Below are positions 24,128 to 28,134 of a stretch of 28,134 bases of DNA, piece after piece. The notes under the pieces are model-generated. The model saw nothing but the letters and a program-made list of their open reading frames with translations. It did not search any database and was not told where the DNA came from. Every line of letters begins with the position of its first letter. The first letter of the stretch is position 1. Source of the stretch: a virus (taxonomy: Duplodnaviria; Caudoviricetes); the IMG/VR virus record IMGVR_UViG_3300032216_000831, positions 1-28,134 of that record. The stretch is one strand, 5' to 3'. The translations under genes and the position numbers were made by a program.

Positions 24128-26623
24128 ATGGCACAAATCATTAAACACAAAAGGGGTAGTTTACAATCCCTAGCAGCAGTAACATCATCTCTTCAAAAAG
24201 GTGAATTGATTATAGCATCAGGTTCATCTCTCTTATCATCATCACAAAATGGTTCATCAATTATTTTTGCGGTTGTAGAGAGTGGTTCTGTACAAGCAGT
24301 AAATAGAATTATGAGAGGAACTGGTTCAGTTGCTCCTATATTCTCATCATCTATATACAATGGAATGGTAGATGGTGTTCCCTATTACGCAAGTGGAAGC
24401 CAAACTTTATTCCTATTAGGTAGTGATACAAATAGTGCAATCGACCTAACAGGTAACATTGGAACTTTTTCAGGTTCAGTAGCAGCATCGGTTACAAGTT
24501 TAAGTGCAAGTATCGCAGCTAATACTGGTATATTTACTCCAACAAGTTCTGCAGCAACAGTAACAGGTTCGGTATATAGAACTCAAAATACTTTAGAAAT
24601 TACAGGTAGTGTTAGAGTAAGTGGAACAATTGACCCAGATAACGTAACGGTTGGTATTCCATCTTCAAATGCATGGCAGAGTGGATTGAATGGTTCTTAT
24701 TTTAATAACTTTAATTCAGAAACAAATGTATCTGAAATTTTAAGATTTGTTGCAGGTTTATTATCATCGTCAGCACCAGATGCATCACCAAATACTAAAA
24801 CATATAGTACATATACATCAGCAGCTACAAATACAACATCTGGAACTGCATTAACAGGATATATTCCTCAAAGTTCTACAAATACAACAATTACTTATTT
24901 AAATAGTAAAGGATTTGCAACCGCAGGTTCTACAATATTATCTGGTGTTGGTACAATATATACCGACCCATTATATCAAGTTAGTTATACATCAGTTGCA
25001 GCAGGTACTACGGTAGTAACTTCATCTGCAGATGCACAATTATTTGGATTGGGATTATTAAGTAATGGTTCACCAACAAGTTTTAAAGTAAGTGGTTCAT
25101 TTACTCATAGATTTAAAGATAATAGTACAAAAACCGATACGGCAACATCAGCGTCTCAAAATTTAGTAACTCAAACAGGAGCAGGTACTACATCAGGTGT
25201 GAGTTTAGCAAAAATAAATACGGCTAACTCAGCAGTAATTCCTGCAGCATATCAAGATGGTAAATTTGCTTCGGTATTACCACAAAAAATATACATAACT
25301 GGTTCAACCAATACATCAATAAATGTAACTGGATATTATGATGTAACTGCATCAATTGTATTAGCAAGTGGTTCATCCGCAAATACGACACCAATAACAG
25401 TTTCGGCAGGTTTATTCTATTCACCATTAAGTACAATTTCAACAAACGTACCGGTTCAAACATCAGCAACGGGTAGTACGACATTAACATATGTATCGGC
25501 AACATCTCGTTCATTGAGTGGAGCACCTTATTTGTTAACTTCAACTTATACGGTATCATCATCAATAACAAATTTATTTAATCCACTATTCTATAACGGA
25601 ACAGTTGGTTCAATTGCATTAAGTGGTACAGGTGTAGCTTACACATCGGGTACAAATTCAGTTTTAACTGGGGCTGGAACTATATCAACTGCAAATGGTG
25701 TGTTTGATACAACAAATACAACAGTAAGAGCTACTGCTACAATTCCATTTGAAAGTGATGTTATTAGATTAAGCGGATTGTATACATTCGGTGGAACTGC
25801 AAATATTACAAATATTGGTCAATCATCAAACACTCCATTAACTTGGACTGCAACGATGAATGGTGTAAACTATAATAATGGTTCATCGGTTTCAAAAGTA
25901 AATACATTTAACTATCATAACGCAGGAGATTTTGGCCAACCATCATCTTCGGGTTCATTAGCATACTATACGAGAACACAAGGTTCAGATACAGGGACAG
26001 CATTAGTTGAATCATTTACAGGTGAAGCATATAGATATCAATTAGCAGATAACGTTTTAGCATTTGGTGCAACACAATGGAATCAGGCATTTGCATTAAA
26101 TCAATTAAGTGGAAATGATTTACAAGTTAAACCAGGATATTTAGTTAAACCTGGTGGAACTTATGGATATTGGTTAGGTGACCCGGATACATCTAAAACT
26201 TACAAATATTATGTTCGTAAATTTACAACTTCAGGAACTAAAACTTCAATGACTTTGAATTTAGGACAAACATTGGTAAACTGGGGTACAACAACAAATA
26301 ATGCAATAGGTGCATTAATATTATTTGAATCATCAGCAACAGGAGTATACGGAGCAGGTAATGCAAGATTATATGACCCATCCGATTTATTGACAAACTC
26401 TGTTGGAAGTAAATCTGCAAACACAGACGGACAAAATCCATTTGGTTCTGCATTCCAATTGTATGGTAATACAGGTGGTTCATTATCGACTACAACTTAT
26501 ACTATTCCTTTAAGAAATGGTGATGGTATGTCATTAAACGCAACTTATACAAACATATATGTAATTGTACGATATAAAGGAGACCCAACACCGGTTACAT
26601 CAATTACAACAACATTTAGTTAA
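24128..26623 (+). CDS. Large Ser/Thr/Gly-rich virion fibre or appendage protein
   Basis: The N-terminus IIKHKRGS...LQKGELI resembles the Mtd-N/hyaluronidase-type fibre anchor motif. The body is beta-rich with few charged residues. Confidence 0.7.
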   Translation: MAQIIKHKRGSLQSLAAVTSSLQKGELIIASGSSLLSSSQNGSSIIFAVVESGSVQAVNRIMRGTGSVAPIFSSSIYNGMVDGVPYYASGSQTLFLLGSDTNSAIDLTGNIGTFSGSVAASVTSLSASIAANTGIFTPTSSAATVTGSVYRTQNTLEITGSVRVSGTIDPDNVTVGIPSSNAWQSGLNGSYFNNFNSETNVSEILRFVAGLLSSSAPDASPNTKTYSTYTSAATNTTSGTALTGYIPQSSTNTTITYLNSKGFATAGSTILSGVGTIYTDPLYQVSYTSVAAGTTVVTSSADAQLFGLGLLSNGSPTSFKVSGSFTHRFKDNSTKTDTATSASQNLVTQTGAGTTSGVSLAKINTANSAVIPAAYQDGKFASVLPQKIYITGSTNTSINVTGYYDVTASIVLASGSSANTTPITVSAGLFYSPLSTISTNVPVQTSATGSTTLTYVSATSRSLSGAPYLLTSTYTVSSSITNLFNPLFYNGTVGSIALSGTGVAYTSGTNSVLTGAGTISTANGVFDTTNTTVRATATIPFESDVIRLSGLYTFGGTANITNIGQSSNTPLTWTATMNGVNYNNGSSVSKVNTFNYHNAGDFGQPSSSGSLAYYTRTQGSDTGTALVESFTGEAYRYQLADNVLAFGATQWNQAFALNQLSGNDLQVKPGYLVKPGGTYGYWLGDPDTSKTYKYYVRKFTTSGTKTSMTLNLGQTLVNWGTTTNNAIGALILFESSATGVYGAGNARLYDPSDLLTNSVGSKSANTDGQNPFGSAFQLYGNTGGSLSTTTYTIPLRNGDGMSLNATYTNIYVIVRYKGDPTPVTSITTTFS

Positions 26624-26649
26624 TAATTAAAGAATAACAAAGATATAAA

Positions 26650-28134
26650 ATGGCAATAGATAAATTATCCAAATCCAATAGGCTCCTTCAAAGTAGAAGA
26701 TACACACACGATGCTTATACCGACTCGCAAGAGGCGTTTACATCCACATTGGACATAAATGCAAATGAGGTATATGTTGACCAAAGTTTAATACCTTCTA
26801 CTGGATTACCTTTTAGTGGTAGTGCACAAAGTGGGTCTATATATTCGGTAAACGGCCAATCTGTAATGCAATATTATTACAGAGCAGGATTAACACGTTC
26901 GGATTTAGTAAGTAGTTCTAAGAGTGAGGTTTGGTTTTTGTTATCCAATTCAACGGCATCAGCTGCAGGTATTGGAGCTCAGTTAATTGACCCTAACCAA
27001 CAAACTAGTTTTATATCTCCAAAATATGGTGCAGTATCATTAGCAAACGCAAACGCTGAAGATGCAACTCCTGGTTTTGGTGTAAAAGTATTCGTATCAT
27101 CAGCAACTTCATCAGCAGGTGTGGTATCAGGTGACCAAGTTTCAACTAACAACTATACATTTGACTATAAGACTGGTGTTTTAGAATTTACTAATAACAC
27201 ATTAGCACCAACAACATCACAATATGTTTATCTTTCTGGATATCAATATAAAGGTAGAGTATTAAGTGATAGTATTACAAACGTATCAGCATCAATTTTA
27301 GCATTATCTGCTTCAGTAGGTGGTGGCGGTGGTGGTTCATTAAGTAGTAGAGTAGACCAATTATCAGCTGCAACTGCATCTGTTAATAGTTTTACTGCAT
27401 CAAATGGTATTACATCATTAAATACATTTAGTGCATCTACATCAACAAGATTAACTAGAATTGAAGAAAGTACATCATCGTTAAATTTATTTACATCATC
27501 TTTATTAGCAGCAATTACTGCAAGTGGTACAAATATAACAATCAATGGTGATTTAACTGTAAAAGGTACAACAACATCAATCCAATCTACTACTGTAAGT
27601 ATTGGTGATAATATTATAGAATTAAATGGTTCATCGGTAGCAAATGGAGGTTTATTAGTTAAAGACCCGACCGGTGGAGCAACTGTTTCGGGTTCTTTAC
27701 TTTGGGACTCTACAAATGATTATTGGAAAGCAGGTGCATTAGGTAGTGAATTAAAAATATTAAGAGTAGGTGGTGATGATGTAGTAAGTGGTTCTTCACA
27801 AATTACCATTACATCAACAACTGGATTTACAACATTTAGTAGTTCGGTAGCAACAACGGACTCTGCATCAGCAGCATCATTGACAACTTTAAGTAGTTCA
27901 GTATCTGCTTCAATATACGCATTATCTGCATCGGTAGGTAGTGGTAATCTTGGAAGTTCTGTAACTCAATTAAACACATTTAGTGCATCTCAAATAACTA
28001 AAAATAGCACATTACAATCATATACTTCATCAATTGACGCTAAATTTACAACATTAGCATCTTATACAGGTTCAATTGACGGACATATTTTTGATATTAA
28101 TAGTAAGACTGGTTCTTTTGAAGCTAAATTTACA
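26650..28134 (+). CDS. Tail-fibre-like protein, 3'-truncated by the window end (not in the ORF track)
   Basis: ATG 26650 (MAIDKLSKSNRLLQSRRYT) is open to 28134. It contains YTFDYKTGVL, INGDLTVKGTTT...IGDNIIELN and Ser-rich LNTFSAS coiled-coil-like repeats. Confidence 0.85.
   Translation, partial: MAIDKLSKSNRLLQSRRYTHDAYTDSQEAFTSTLDINANEVYVDQSLIPSTGLPFSGSAQSGSIYSVNGQSVMQYYYRAGLTRSDLVSSSKSEVWFLLSNSTASAAGIGAQLIDPNQQTSFISPKYGAVSLANANAEDATPGFGVKVFVSSATSSAGVVSGDQVSTNNYTFDYKTGVLEFTNNTLAPTTSQYVYLSGYQYKGRVLSDSITNVSASILALSASVGGGGGGSLSSRVDQLSAATASVNSFTASNGITSLNTFSASTSTRLTRIEESTSSLNLFTSSLLAAITASGTNITINGDLTVKGTTTSIQSTTVSIGDNIIELNGSSVANGGLLVKDPTGGATVSGSLLWDSTNDYWKAGALGSELKILRVGGDDVVSGSSQITITSTTGFTTFSSSVATTDSASAASLTTLSSSVSASIYALSASVGSGNLGSSVTQLNTFSASQITKNSTLQSYTSSIDAKFTTLASYTGSIDGHIFDINSKTGSFEAKFT

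Larger units (their letters stand above)
1..28134 (+). mobile_element. Segment of a large tailed bacteriophage genome (T4-like head morphogenesis module); probable Bacteroidota host
   Basis: Co-oriented terminase, portal, prohead protease, scaffold, major capsid and neck genes in T4-like order, with tight packing and TAATG overlaps (249, 8239, 14370, 22463). No integrase or host flank is visible. Confidence 0.95.

Noticed and set aside
9-27545. All minus-strand ORFs in the track (e.g. 9-341, 3321-3686, 11842-12393, 17112-17618, 27243-27545) and short alternative-frame + ORFs (3209-3400, 9068-9280)
   Set aside because: They lie almost entirely within well-supported + strand genes, have Phe/Ser/Leu-rich shadow composition and show no recognisable motifs.
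1-28134. Stop-codon reassignment as seen in some large phages
   Set aside because: Hallmark genes are full length under the standard code, and coding density is near complete.
24128-28134. Diversity-generating retroelement target suggested by the Mtd-N-like start
   Set aside because: No reverse transcriptase, TR/VR repeat pair or C-type-lectin-like variable C-terminus is visible in the window.

Overview
This AT-rich window is a segment of a large lytic tailed phage genome with a T4-like head module, and every credible gene is on the + strand. It opens with the end of a nucleotide-sugar/glycan cluster (epimerase C-terminus, transketolase/E1-beta-like subunit, glycosyltransferase-like protein). 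Next comes a 1493-aa multi-module protein, then the virion morphogenesis region: terminase large subunit, portal, several small head proteins, prohead protease, a Dps-like protein, ribosomal protein bS21 (absent from the ORF track), scaffold, major capsid protein, neck/head-closure/tail-terminator homologues and Ser/Thr-rich fibre-like proteins running off the right end. The bS21 sequence, the SD-poor A-rich start regions and clustered D(S/T)X motifs suggest a Bacteroidota host (inference). Four signals stand out. (1) Probable capsid-packaged polyproteins are punctuated by protease-type (I/L/M/F)-x-E sites; one carries a ligase-fold nucleotidyltransferase, an HxGH adenylyl/cytidylyltransferase and an HExxH metallopeptidase. 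(2) bS21 is followed by a structured 146-nt leader and an SD-bearing scaffold gene. (3) An intergenic ATATTTATA motif recurs as a candidate late promoter. (4) [ST]-[GAS]-S tripeptides pervade the outer virion proteins, next to glycan genes. All calls come from reading motifs by eye; no searches were run.
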